64,000 bases of DNA. It comes from the human T2T-CHM13v2.0 reference genome, Homo sapiens. The notes below the pieces were generated by a model. The model ran no database searches, was not told the DNA's origin, and worked only from the letters and a program-made list of their open reading frames with translations. Every line of letters begins with the position of its first letter. The stretch's first letter is position 1. Below, in pieces: positions 51,305-64,000 of this stretch. Both the position numbers and the translations under genes were made by a program. The stretch lies in assembly GCF_009914755.1 (NCBI RefSeq), contig NC_060932.1, one strand, 5' to 3'.

Positions 51305-52829
51305 TCTTAGGGCTTTTTAATTTGCTCACCTACCTGAGAGAGGAGACAGCTGCTGCTGTTCTGTTTCTCAAATCTGTACTATGGTGAGCCCTAGGCTGCT
51401 CTGGGCTACTCTATTTCTCCATGAAGGCCTACCAAAGCCTGTTTGAGAAAGGTCATGGGAGAGAGCTGCCCAGAAGCAAGGTAAACGTGCTTCCAGTACC
51501 AAGGGCTGCCATGATCAGTTCCAGCCACCAAACCACTGCATTCAGTCAGGGACTCATGGCAGCCCTGCCACTTCAGAGAGGCCTCTTATTCCTCCTTCAT
51601 CCCCCACCCACCTTGCTAGATTTCCTTGTTCCTTCTCCCAGGTGACCAGGCATTGCAGAGCTGTTCAGAGGAATTTGGTCCAGATTCTAACATCGTCTCT
51701 CCTAGCCACTAGGTGTTTAGCCCTTGCCCCATTTTCCAATTCAATTAGGACTTTCTAGGAGGCCTTGGATTCACAGGTCCCTATCACTGGTACACTAAGT
51801 CCTGTATTTTCTTCTGGGACACAGTCCTGACAAAGCCTTCTCTGGCTCACATCTCACCCCAGCTGGGACCCCTCTGAAAAGAGAATTGATCTTTTGGAAA
51901 CTAAAGCATCAAGCCCTCCTCAAAGCCTTGGGTTACATATCCACGAACGAGGCTAGCCCACATCCCAGGCGGTGGTTCCTGCAGTAGTGCCACATGGCCT
52001 AGTGGTCACTGAAGCTCATCCTCCTGCAGCTGGGCATGTTGTCACCCTAGTGGTCTCACAACCAGAAAGGGCGGCTTTGAAAGAGATCATAACCAAACTC
52101 TTGCCAAACTAAAAGGATCAGGAGTCTGGAATGTTTTCACCTCTTTGTTTCTCCAGTTTCAGGAAAATAGACAAAAGTAATCTCAAGGGGTGACGGGAAT
52201 CTTATCGGTCGAAGAGAACTCAAGGAAACCTCAGCTGTTTTGCAGGCTCATTTGTTTATTTTCTATGCAGTCACCCTGATAGCCCCACTGGGCTCACTTC
52301 CCTTCCCTGTAAACAACTGGCTCTAATTAAACTTTTTCTGTTAGCTAAAGGTATATAACCTTGGAGAGTCCATAAAAAAATGGCTTCACTCTTAAGACTT
52401 CAAAAAGCGCGTGGTCCCTTTGTCAGGCCCTTGACAAGGTTAATTTATGTCGTTGCTATCTTACTCTGAAGGATTCTGGTTACTCCACATCTGTTCTCTG
52501 TCTAATCTTTGTACGAACATTGCGGTGGTCTTGGCAGTTCAATGCATCTAGTGGGCTCTTAACTGTTTCCTGCCCAAAAGGTCCAAGCTTTCAGATTGGA
52601 TTTTTCTCTCCTCTCTTTGCCCTCATAAAAGCTTTCAATTTCCTCTCACAGTGATCTGGCTGTTTCATGTTCTCCGACTCCAGCATGGAGAAACTCTCCC
52701 GCTCCCCAGACTGGGTGACTGCAAGAAGAGACTAAGAAGCCCTAGAAGGGAAAAAGGCAATGATTATTTGTGAAACGGAGAGAAAAGATTATGAGAGGGG
52801 AAATGATGCAGGAAAATATATATGGTAGA

Positions 52830-53038
52830 GAATGTGTTTTTCAACTTGTGGTTGCAATTACAATTTTTTAAATATTGAATAAACACATCAGAATATATTA
52901 CATTAGTAAGGGCGTTCTTTTGTAAAATGTTTGCTTTGTCTGTGCCTGTGTGTGTGTGTGCATACATGTGTATATTCTGAGTCATAATTTAAAATGCACT
53001 TCTTCCAAGGTGCAGTCAAAATAGTTGAAAACCACTGG
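52830..53038. mobile_element. hAT-Charlie-type MITE remnant
   Basis: Degenerate ends gtgtttttcaacttgtggttgc ... aaaatagttgaaaaccactg. Confidence 0.45.
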
Positions 53039-53044
53039 TGCAGT

Positions 53045-53230
53045 GCATTTGGAGTAGAATCTGCCACCCTATCATTTTCTACCAGCACAATTGTGAGCAA
53101 GTCCATTATCTTCTCCGAGTCTTTGATTTCTCATCTGCGAATTGGGAATATTACGTGCTCTACACACTTCACAGGTTTGTTGAGAGGACCCCAATAACAA
53201 TGTGTGTGTAAGCTTTATACCAAAGCTCTA
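53045..53230 (+). mobile_element. MIR
   Basis: tgagcaagtc..tccgagtctttgatttctcatctg..acttcacaggtttgttgagagga. Confidence 0.7.
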
Positions 53231-53779
53231 GACCAATCAAAATTCACTTCACAGACCAGAAAGAGCTCCACAAGTATCCTCAACAACAGTGCTAGATGGC
53301 AGACAAGAGAAAGCCTCAGACTCCAGCTTGGCTTCAAACCTTCACATATTATTTTACTTATTCAACAATATTTATTAGGTGCCTACTTTGCATCAGGGAC
53401 TATGTTAGTGGATAGTAATAAACAAAGTTCTTGCCTTCATCTTGCTTGTATTCTAGTGAAGGAAGACATTTTAAAAATAGTGAATGATATGTTAAATTCT
53501 GCAATGAATACAAGTAGACAAGCGTATCTGTTAGTAATTTTATCTAAGAACTCATGCAATTTCTTTTAACAAGGTTGGTGGCTGAAAATGTTGGGAAATC
53601 ACTGTTTAGTTGTGCTGCTTTACAGTCATGTGCTACGTAAGGTCTCCAAAGACTTTTCTTCAGGAGCTTTCTGGGGCAGTCAGCCTTGGGCATCTCCAGT
53701 TATGTCATCATTAGTTTTAATAAAAATAAGCCCTAAATTAACAAGAAGGGCTTCTTCTCCAGAAGGTAATAAGCATATG

Positions 53780-53960
53780 GAATTTATTGCCCAACCTAGT
53801 TGTAAAAGCCAAAACATAAACAGGTTCAAGACAGGTTTAGACAAATACATGGGTAATAAATGCATATGGTACTACAGATTCTTAAAAGACATTATACAAA
53901 CTATATTAAGGGACTTAAGAGACTCTGGGTGCTCTCAGCTCCTTTGGGCCAAGCCATCTT
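53780..53960 (+). mobile_element. CR1/L3-type LINE 3' remnant
   Basis: Translates NINRFKTGLDKYM, resembling the CR1 ORF2 C-terminal FKxxLDxxM motif. Confidence 0.55.
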
Positions 53961-54170
53961 CTAGCTCATTGTCATCAACACTATGTAACTGCCACATTAT
54001 GACTTAAGTCTCAAATCTCAAGCTTTGGTGATTATTTTTAGCAGCAAAGTCCTAATCAGCAAACCACAGAAGTGGATTATAGACCACTTGAAGCAATAGG
54101 ATAGCTGGTGGACTAGGGCTGGGAAACCTGGGGCCACATCCTAGCTTCTAGTTTTAACAAGTCAGTTAAT

Positions 54171-54755
54171 ATTTTTTTTTATTATACTTTAAGTTCCATG
54201 GTACATGTGCACAATGTGCAGGTTTGTTACATATGTATACATATGCCATGTTGGCATGCTGCACCTATTAACTCATCATTTACATTACGTATATCTCCTA
54301 ATGCTATCCCTCCCACCTCCCCGCACCCCACAACAGGCCACAGTGTGTGATATTCCCCTTCCTGTGTCCAAGTGTTGTCATTGTTCAATTCCCACCTATG
54401 AGTGAGAACATGTGGTATTGATAGTTTGCTGAGAATGATCATTTCCAGCTTCATCCATGTCCCTACAAAGGACATGAACTCATCTTTTTTAAGGCTGCAT
54501 AGTATTCCATGGTGTATATGTGCCACATTTTCTTAATCCAGTGTATCATTGATGGACATTTGGGCTGTGGGTATTGTGGAAGACAGTGTGGCCATTCCTC
54601 AAGGATCTAGAACTAGAAATACCATTTGATCCCGCCATCCCATTACTGGGTATATACCCAGAGGATTATAAATCATGCTGCTATAAAGACACAGGCACAC
54701 GTATGTTTACTGCGGTGCTATTCACAATAGCAAAGACTTGGAACCAACCCAAATG
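54171..54755 (-). mobile_element. L1PA (about L1PA4/5) 3' end with 5' inversion, in a MIR
   Basis: Minus part 54171-54564, plus part about 54573-54755; TSD gtcagttaa(t/c)attt 54161-54174 and 54755-54768. Confidence 0.9.
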
Positions 54756-55126
54756 TCAGTTAACATTTCTAAGGCTCACTTAGCCCTAGGTAAAACCATT
54801 AGTCTCAATGGCCTTTGATGACCCACTCAGCATGGGAAAAACAAAGCCAGAAAACCCCTGATATGAAATTTTATGAGATGCTACTCCTGTTTGTGGATAA
54901 ACCAGCTGGTTACCACCATGATACTTTGTGAAGAAATAAGATACTTGTGAATTAGCCACGATCTCAGATCTGATCTTCAGTCTCACATAGTCAGAGAGTT
55001 GAATTTTTCAGCACATTGAAAGTGAGACTGCTTCTTGAAGGCAGTGCACATTAACCAAGCTAAGAGAGATTTATATGAAACAGAAATTCAAATTTTTACT
55101 AAAAATGAAAAAAAAATGGTCTAAGA

Positions 55127-55345
55127 CAATGTCTGCAAACTACAGCTTATGAGCCAGCTCTTCATGACCCCTGTTTGTGTAAATTAAGTTTTACTGGAGC
55201 ACAGCCCTTCCCATTGGTTTACCTAATGTCTATGGTGGATTTCCCCATGAGAGTGGCAGAGTTGAATCATTGCAACAGAGACAACATGGCCTGCAAAGCC
55301 TAAAACACTTAGAACTATGCCTTACCTTTTACAGAAAAACCCCGA
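55127..55345 (+). mobile_element. MER58A (hAT-Charlie MITE)
   Basis: gcaaactacagc..gtaaattaagttttactggagcacagcc..ggcagagttga..ggcctgcaaagcctaaaa..tttacagaaaaa. Confidence 0.8.
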
Positions 55346-58295
55346 TGAGAGTATTTTTGTCAACACAATTAGCACATCCCACTGAAGGAATAAAGTGAGA
55401 AGTTTGCTTAGTGAGCAAAGGAGCAGAATAGATGGGCTTGAGTAGCATTAAGGAGTAGTTCTCAGCTAAGAAAGCATGAGACACAGTTGTCTATTACAGG
55501 GAGCATCTTGCTAGGGAAGCCATCACATTAAAATCCACAGATCGAGTTTCTTTTTCCTTTGGGCTATGCTTGAATGAACATTGCCAATATTTGCTTTTCT
55601 TTTGTTACTATGTCTCTGTTGCTGAATAATGCCCGTCAGATCAATACATTCTTTATGTAGCCTTATCAAAATTGGTCATATTTCCCCCCTCCAAAGAATC
55701 CACCTCAAAACAGTCACACATGTGAACGAAATACAGATATGACAAAGCCATGAAGTATAACACAGACGTGAACTCAAGATCTCAACTGGTAAAGGGTAGC
55801 TACTCTTTGCAATGTAGCAAATTTTTGAAAATCATCTTAACTGTCTTTCCCATATTAAATTTAAAAAATTTCTTTCTCCCTCTTCAATATTTTACTTTTT
55901 ATCTTCAGTCTGTTTTTCTTCACGTAGGCATACCACCTTTCTTATTTTAAATTTTATTTCTGGGCATCACAGTGCTATTTCTTATATACATCAACTTAGT
56001 TTCTCTCACCTTCTCCTAATTATGTCCTATATGCCTCACAAAGATTTCATGGCTAACCAAGCAAGAGAAGAGAGGAGGGAAGAAAGAGAGGGAAAAGAGA
56101 CAGGAAGAAAAGAAAATAGAAAAAAAGCTTGTGATTTTAAAATCTTATCCCTGCCATATTTCAATATGTAAATTAGTATGTGTTGAATTATGCCCCTCAC
56201 TAAAAAAAATATGTTGCAATCCTAACTACCATTACCATAGAATATGACCTTATATCGAAATAGGGTTGTTGCAGCTTTAAACATCAAGTCATGTGGAAGT
56301 AGGATGGGCCTCTAATCCAATGTGATGGGTGTCCTTGTAAGAAGGTGGCCATGTGAAGACAGACACACCAGAAGAATGACAAGTAACAATGAAGGTAGAG
56401 ATTGGAGTGATGCAGCTGTAAGCAAGGAATGCCCGAGATTGCAGTCAACACCGAACTCTAGGAAGCTAGGAAAAGCCAAGGAAGGATTCCCCTGCAGACT
56501 TCAGAGGGAGTAAGGCTCTGCTGTCATTTTTTTCCTGTTTTATTAAAGTGTAATTTTTATGTATTTATGGTATACAATATGACGTTCTGATCTATGCATA
56601 TACTGCTAAATGATTAAATCAAGCTAATTAACACATCCATCAACTCACATACTTTTCTTTTGGTGAGAATATTTAAGAGCTACTCTCAGCTATTTTCTAG
56701 TGTAGAGTACATTATTAACTACAGTCACCATGCTGTATAAAAGGTCTCCAGAATTTATTCTAATTGAAACTTCTGCCCTTTTGCAGATATCTCTCCCTTC
56801 CCCTCTGCATTCCAGGCCCTGGAAATGAACCTTCTATTCTTTCTATGAGATCAATTTTTTAGGTTGCACATGTAAGTGAGATAATGTGGCATTTATCTTT
56901 CTGTGCCTGGCTTATTTCACTTAGCATGATGTCCTCCAGGTTCATCTATGTTGTTACAAGTGGTAGAATTTCCCTCTAAGTTGAAACAGTATTCAACTGT
57001 ATATGTATACCACATTCTCTTTATCCATTCAGCCATTGATGGACACTTAGTTTGATTCAATATCTTGGCTATTGTGAATAATGCTGCAATGAACATGGGA
57101 GTACAGATACCTCTTCAACCTACTGATTTTATTTTCTTTGGATATATACCCAGGAGTGGAATTGCTGAAATGATATGGTAGTTTTATTTTTAATTCTTTG
57201 AGGAACATTCATACTGTCCTCCCTAATGGCTATACTAATTTACATTCTCACCACCAATGTACAAGGGTTCCCTTATCTCCACATCCTTGCCAACACTTAT
57301 GATCTTGTCTTTTTGATAACAGCCATTCTAACAGGTTTGAGGTGTCATCTTATTGTGCTTTTAATTGTACTTCCTTGATGATTAATGATACTGCATTTTT
57401 TCACATTCACATACCTGCTGGCCATTCAGGTCTTTTTCGTATGATTTTTCATTGTAGTCCCTACTAATCCTTTGTAGTTGCACTATCAGTTGTAATGTCT
57501 CATCATTCATTTATTATTTGACTTTTAGATCGCCGAGCTATGGGTTTGTCAATTTTATTTATCTTTTTCACAAAACCAACTCTTAGTTTTATTGATGTTT
57601 TATATTGTTTTACCTCATCTCTATTTTTCATATTTCTACTTCGATCTTTCTTATTTTCTTCCTTCTACTAACTTTGCTTCTTAGTTTGTTTTCTACTTCT
57701 TTGAGATGTAATATTAGGCTGTTTGAAATATTTTTTAAAATCTAGATGTTTATTGCTATAAACTTCTCTTAGAAGTGATTTTGCTGCACCTTACGTGTTT
57801 TGGTATGTTTTGTTTCCGTTTTGTCTCAAGATTATTTCCCTTTTGTTTTTTATTCATTTGTATAGGATGATGTTTAATTTCCACATATTCATAAATTTCC
57901 CCATTATGTTTGTGTTATCCATTTCTAAGTTGCATACCACTGTAGTCAAAAAGATACTTCATATGATTTCAATCTTCCTGAATTTATTAGGACTTGTTTT
58001 ATGGACTAATATATGACCTATCCTGGAGAATGTTCCCTATATACTTGACAAGAATGTGTATTCTGCTGCTGTTGGATGGACTGTTCTATAATATGTCTGT
58101 TATGTCCATTTGGTCTAAAGTATAGACAAATTCAATCTTTCCTTATTGGTTTTCTGTCTGGATGATCTGTACAATTGTTGAGAATGGAGGGTTGAAGTCT
58201 CTTATTATTGTACTGCTATCTATCTCTTCTTTTAGAGCTATGAATTTTGCTTTATATATTTAAGTGCTATGATGTTGGGTGCCTACATATTTACA

Positions 58296-58585
58296 ATTTT
58301 TTTTTTGAGATGGAGTCTTGTTCTGTCACCCAATCTGGAGTGCAGTGGTGCAATCTCAGCTCACTGCAACTTTCGTCTCCTGGGTTCAAGTGATTCTCCT
58401 GCCTCAGCCTCCTGAGCAGCTGAGATTATAGGTGTGCACCACCACACCTGGCCAATTTTTGTATTTTTAGTAGAGATGGAGTTTCACCATGTTGGCCAGG
58501 CTGATCCTGAACTCCTGACCTCAGGTGATCCACCCCTCGGCCTCCCACAGTGCTGGGACTACAGGTGTGAGCCACCACATCCAGC
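58296..58585 (-). mobile_element. AluSx-like
   Basis: Antisense dimer; TSD acaatt. Confidence 0.95.
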
Positions 58586-58935
58586 AACAATTATTATATC
58601 CTCTTGATGAATTGACGTTTTTGTCATTATATATCAACCTGCTTTGTCTCTTTTCACAGTTTTTGATTTAACATCTCATTACTAAGAGTTGCTTAGTACC
58701 CTGTGCCCTCTTTTGGTTTCTCTTTGCGTGAATCTTTTTCCATCCCTTTAGTTCCAGTCTATTTGTATCCTTTCAGGTGAGGCAAATCTCTTATAGGTAG
58801 CATTTAATTGGACTATTAAAAATCTTTTCAACCCCTCTATTTATTTACATTAGATAATGTAATCCACTTACATTCAGAGGAATTATTGATAGGTAAAGAC
58901 CTACTACTGCCATTTTATTAATTATCTTCCGGTTG

Positions 58936-59225
58936 GGCCAGGCACAGTGACTCACATCTATAATCACAGCACTTTGAAATGCTGAGGCGGGTGGATTCCT
59001 CGAGCTCAGGAGTTCAAGACCAGCCTGGGTAACGTGATAAAATCCCATCTCTACTAAAAATACAACTAGCTGGGCATGATGGTGCATGCCTGTGGTCCCA
59101 GCTATTTGGGAGGCTGAGGTGGGAGGATCACTGGAGCCTGGGAAGTCAAGGCTGCAAGTGAACTGTGATCGCATCACTGAACTCCAGTCTTGGTAACAAG
59201 GCAAGACCCTATTCTCAAGTAAGTT
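58936..59225 (+). mobile_element. AluJ
   Basis: Full dimer; TSD aattatcttc(c/t)ggttg. Confidence 0.93.
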
Positions 59226-60437
59226 TAAAATTATCTTCTGGTTGTTTTGTAGATTCTTTGTTCCTTTCTTCCTCTTATTGTCTTTATGATTTCATAATTT
59301 TCGGTAGTGGTATGCTTTGATTCCTTTCTCTTTATCTTCTGTGCATCTACTATAGATTTTTGCTTTGTGGTTATTATGAAACATTTTGTAACAGTTTAAG
59401 CTGATAATTTTAATTGCATACAAAAACTACATGTTTACTCCATTTTGGTTTTGATGTCAAAACGTATATCTTTTTATATTGTATATCCCTTAAAAATTAT
59501 ATTTTTAATAATTTTAACTTTTTATTACAAATAAGTGATTTTATATAACATAATTAAAGTTTTAGAGTATTCTGAATTATGTACTCACTTTTACCAGTGA
59601 GTTTTATAATTTATATGTTTTCATGTTACTAATTAGCATCCTTTCATTTCAGTTTGAAGAATTCTTTCGTTTTTTTTGTAAGGCAGGTCTAGTGGTGGTA
59701 AACTCCCTCCATTTTCCTTTTCTGGGAAAGTCTTCATCTCTCCTTAATTTCTGAAGAACAGCTTTGTCAGGTAAAGTATTCTGGGTTTACATTTTTTTTC
59801 TTTCAGCACTTTAAATGAATATTATTCCATTCTCTCTTGGCCTGCAAAGTTTCTGCTGAGAAATTCACTGATAGGCTTGAGAAGTTCCCCTGTATGTGAG
59901 GATCCTTTTTTATCTTGCTGCTTTAAAAAATTATCTTTCGACAATTTGCTTATGATATGTCTTCTTTTGGTTGAATCTAGCTAGAGATCTGAGATTCCTG
60001 TGCCTGGGTGTTTATATCTGAGATTGGGGAAGTTTTCAGACATTAATTCTTTAAATAAATTTTGTCTCTATTCTCCTTGAATTCTACAATGTACATGTTA
60101 GCTCTTTTGAAGATATCCCATAAATCTTGTAGGCTTTTCGCTCCTTTTTATTTTCTCCTCTGATCAAATATTTTCAAATATCCAGCGTTTGAGTTTACCA
60201 ATTTGTTTTTCTGCTTGATCAGTTCTGTTAATAGTCTCTATTGTGCTTTTTCATTTTATTCATTGTATTATTTAGCTCCAGGTTGTTTGGTTCTTTTGAA
60301 TTATTCCCACCCCTCTGTTAAACTTCTAGTTTTATTTGTATTGACTTTCTGATTTCATTGAGTTGTCTCTGTTCTCCTGTAGTTCACTGAGCTTCCTTAA
60401 AATAATTATTTTGATTTTTCTTTCTTTTTTTTTTTTT

Positions 60438-60685
60438 AAGACAACAGAAATATATTTTCTCACACTTCTGGAGGCTGGAAATACAAAATCAAGATGTTGG
60501 CAGGACAACACTCCCTCCAAGACTTCGAGAAGAAGATCCTTGCCTTTGAGCTTCTAATGGCGCCAGGCTTCCCTGGCATGTGGTTGCACAACTCCAATCT
60601 CAATCTCATCTTCCTGTGCTGTCTTGCCTGTGTCTATATGTCTCCGTCTTCATATGGCATTCTCCTCCCTGTGCCTCCATTTTCT
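60438..60685 (-). mobile_element. MLT1 LTR fragment (3'-transduced)
   Basis: acaacagaaatatattttctcacacttctggaggctgg..aatcaagatgttggcagg; lacks both LTR termini. Confidence 0.8.
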
Positions 60686-61307
60686 CTTTTTTTTTTATTA
60701 TTATACTTTAAGTTTTAGGGTACATGCACACAACGTGCAGGTTTGTTACATATGTATACATATGCCATGTTGGTGTGCTGCCTCCATTAACTCGTCATTT
60801 AGCATTAGGTATATCTCCTAATGCTATCCCTCCCCCCTCCCCCCACCCCACAAAAGTCTCCAGTGTGTGATGTTGCCCTTCCTGTGTCCATGTGTTCTCA
60901 TTGTTCAATTCCCACCTATGAGTGAGAACATGCGGTGTTTGGTTCTTTGTCCTTGTGATAGTTTGCTGAGAATGATGGTTTCCAGTTTCATCCATGTCAC
61001 TACAAAGGACATGAACTCATCATTTTTTATGGCTGCATAGTATTCCATGGTATATATGTGCCACATTTTCTTAATCCAGTCTATCGTTGTTGGACATTTA
61101 GGTTGGTTCCAAGTCTTTGCTATTGTGAATAGTGCCGCTATAAACATACGTGTGCATGTGTCTTTATAGCAGCATGATTTATAATCCTTTGGGTATATAC
61201 CCAGTAATGGGATGGCTGGGTCAAATGGTATTTCTAGTTCTAGATCCCTGAGGAATCGCCACACTGACTTCCACAATGGTTGAACTAGTTTACAGTCCCA
61301 CCAACAG
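60686..61307 (-). mobile_element. 5'-truncated L1PA3-like 3' end
   Basis: ttttagggtacatg..caacgtgcagg; ctatcgttgttggacattt; [35 protein letters not shown]...FSLIGGN. Confidence 0.93.
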
Positions 61308-64000
61308 TATTTTGATTTTTCTTTGTCAGGCAATTCATAGATCTCCATTTTGGAAAGATTGATTATTGGAAAACTATGGCATTCCTTTGGTGGTATGTTT
61401 CTTTGTTTTTTCATTTTTCTTATTGCCTTGTGTTGAGGTCTGTGCATTTGATGGAATAATCATCTCTTTCAGACTTTATAGACTGGTTTTGGTGGGAAAA
61501 GGCCCTACGCTATGGCTACATTCTAGGACACTGACTGGGTGGGGTGCAGTGGTTCTGGCTCCAGTGAGGGTGCAGCAGCATAACCTCCATCCAGGTCTGT
61601 CAGCTGAGGTTGGCATTAGCAAAGAGTGAAGTGGTCTTCTGCAGCCAGTGCTGTAGGCTTCAGTAGCAGTGAGGGCTGTTGGAATGTTGTGGTGAAGTCT
61701 ACTGATTTCCTCCTGATTTTTTATTCCACCATGGAAATTGTGGCCAAGGAAATCCCCTCTTGGTTCTGAGTCCAACTTATGGGTGCTTGCAGTGGCACTG
61801 ATGTCTAATGTGTGACACTCATGGAATGGTCACAGAGCCAGAAACTAGATGATTGGCGCATGTGAGGGACCACAGCTCTAAGGTCCAGGGCAGCAATGGC
61901 ACTGGTGTCTCATTGATAATGGTGTGAGAGATGTGAGTGCTTTTGGAGCAGCCGCAGAGCTAGAGTCTGAAACATATGTGTATATAGACCTATAGCATCT
62001 CCAGAGTTCAGCATATGGGCTAACTCACTGTGGGAGCAGAGCCAGTGTCTGGAGTTCAGGTATGCCCAGAGAGACCATAGCTCCATGGCCCAGGGTGTGG
62101 ACTAGCTCATTACAGTGGTAGCTGCAGTTTCTGAGGCACAGGTGTGTATGGTGCAGCCAGAGAGCCAGGTCTGGAGTGCAGACACACGAGATGCTGCATC
62201 ACCTCCAAGATCTGGGGCTGGCTCACTGTTGAGGTGACTCAGGTATCAAAGGTATAGGCACTCATGGAGCAGCAATGGAGCTGGTGTCCTTAGTGTGGGT
62301 TCACACAGAGAAACCAAGGCTCCAAAACCCAGGGAAGGGCTCATATTCAGCAGTAGGATTGTCAGTGTTTGAGGTGTGGACACATGCAGTATGGTTGCAG
62401 ACCCAAGGACTGGAATGCAGGTACTTACATAACAGCTGTGGAGCTGGGGTCTGGATTACTGACATACACAAGAGTGACTTAGGTCCAGGGTCTGAAGTAC
62501 ATGCCAGGTTTGGAAAGGTGGTGGCCCCAGTCCCAGGGCAGCTCAACTGGGTGCTTGTGGAGGGTGGGGGAAGGTGCAATATCATCTCCTTTATCAGGAG
62601 AGGGGATCAACAACAGGAATTGCTTTAGTAACCTCAGTAAAGAAAGATGCCAGTGTCCTCTGCAAAAGCAGCCATTGGGTACCACAGTGGCACCTCGCAT
62701 ATAGTTGATCCTGATAGCATCTCTCTTTTTCTTTGATCCTAGCCATCTCTAGACACCTCAGGATCTCCCCAACAATCCTTTGTGTACTTATTCTCCATTT
62801 TTGCTCCACTGTGTTGTTGTAGATTCTTAATTGGGCTCTTGAGCCCTCCCCAAGGCTAATTTTGTTCATGGATCACTGCCTATTTGTTCGTTTTTGTGGG
62901 GGGATGAACACTGGTCTCTCTCACTCTGCCATCATGCTAATGTCACTTTCTCACTGAGGTCATCTTAATTTTATGCTCTTGGTCTCCAGAACCATGAGAT
63001 AATAAATTTCTGCTGTTTTAAGCCACCTAGATTATGGTGCTTTGTTATAGCAGCCCTGGCAAACTAAAACATAAATACATTTAGTCACATCTTGTGCTTC
63101 AGTACAAGGCTTTGTGCACCCCTAATCTATTTCAGAGCATTGACTTTATAGCTGAACACTGAGGGAAATCCGTTTCTCTTTTTCTAGTTTTTTTTTTTTA
63201 TTTGGAGCTCCTCGTATTTGACCCAAATTACTTCCTACACCTGGGAGAGCAGACATTTTTCTATAAGAAATGTTTATTTCCTGTCTATTCCATAAATGGT
63301 TTTTAGAAAAGTTTATACAAGATACTGTGTCTTGTGCAAGAGGACACTTACTAAAAAATATGTGGAAGTACTTTTCCTTAGACATCTCTAACACACAGAG
63401 TTCTCTCTTCCATGGGCATACAGTGGGTTAAGAAACCAAAGCCCTCACCTCCAAAGGCCGTTAGTTTCTATGACTGTGATTTACTGTACTACCCATTAAC
63501 CTTCACACCTGGAACCGGCCCATGCTCCTCCCTCAAATCAGACACAACCCACGTAGATCAACATCCTTAAAGAAACATGGCAACTCACACTAGTTCTGGC
63601 TCAGTCACTGGTAAATAGCAGTGGTGATGATGACAGGGGTCTTTGGCTTTTTAAGCCCTAAACTTAGCTCAAGAATTTTGATTCATAGCTGGACACAAAA
63701 TACTGTGTGAATGCTGATTAGCAGGTGGTACCATCAGGTGGATGAATTGCTTATGCTTTCTCCATAGCTATTCACAGTTCATTTTCCCTTCAGAATTTTT
63801 AGGTAAGAGTTTGGAACTCTTGCATGTTTGGGTTTCAGATTCTGGAAAGCATGCAATGAAATTTTTTGGCACTCTCTACTGAGTGATTTATGTGCTGCTC
63901 CCATTGGATAATTCGTTTTACGCATGTGTGACAGGGCTGGTGCTGGACTTCTGCTTTGGAAACCCTTGCTTCAAATTTGCATGTGTTGGCCCTTCTGGAT

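Larger units (their letters stand above)
56528..62955 (-). mobile_element. Old near-full-length L1 (L1MA6-8-like) with the RT region deleted; GC-richer repetitive 5' UTR at about 61450-62955
   Basis: 3' UTR atgattaaatcaagctaattaac; ORF2 jump near 57440; antisense EN and ORF1; MEIYELPDKE ORF1 N-terminal motif. Confidence 0.8.
56174..63071 (+). mobile_element. MLT1C-like MaLR LTR split by an L1 (56174-56527 and 62959-63071)
   Basis: gaatatgaccttat..aaataggg; agagattggagtgatgcagc; cttcagagggag | ctccagaaccatgagataataaatttctgctgttttaagccac; TSD-like gtcat(t/c)tt. Confidence 0.8.

Noticed and set aside
51700-52060. Three CCACTAG CTCF-like cores
   Set aside because: Each lacks the downstream GGC of the CTCF core; not supportable without ChIP data
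60905-61447. Longest ORF (180 aa), a chimera of old L1 ORF1 N-terminus and L1PA3 ORF2 C-terminus
   Set aside because: Chance in-frame junction of two L1 pieces; no evidence of a gene
61450-62600. Degenerate repeated units (cagagccag..gtctgga) resembling a spaced array
   Set aside because: Lies within the 5' UTR of the old L1, where tandem subrepeats are expected; not CRISPR-like

Overview
Primate (hominoid-like: AluY and L1PA3-type elements present) non-coding genomic DNA, dominated by interspersed repeats. It contains three old, internally deleted near-full-length L1s (4.4-10.5 kb, 21-26 kb, 56.5-63 kb), several younger 5'-truncated L1PA/L1PB copies, about 16 Alu-family elements, ERV/MaLR solo LTRs (MER66-like, LTR9 with a nested LTR10, LTR16, MLT1), Tigger/Charlie MITEs, and MIR/L2/CR1 remnants. 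I see no protein-coding gene, RNA gene or intact transposon ORF. The ORFs in the track are L1 ORF2 fragments, Alu-derived frames or chance frames. I found no convincing new biological system. The most interesting structure is mutational. (i) An L1PA3 3' transduction of an MLT1 fragment is bracketed by a perfect 17-bp TSD (60407-61324). (ii) Several short insertions were copied from DNA 0.8-1.8 kb away (68 bp inside an Alu, about 205 bp inside an L1 5' end, a 61-bp inverted copy, and possibly two older ones). (iii) There is a five- to six-layer nested transposon stack. (iv) An AP-1-bearing LTR10 sits inside an octamer-bearing LTR9. Subfamily names come from recalled consensus sequences and need RepeatMasker/Dfam confirmation. 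Boundaries are approximate unless TSDs are quoted.
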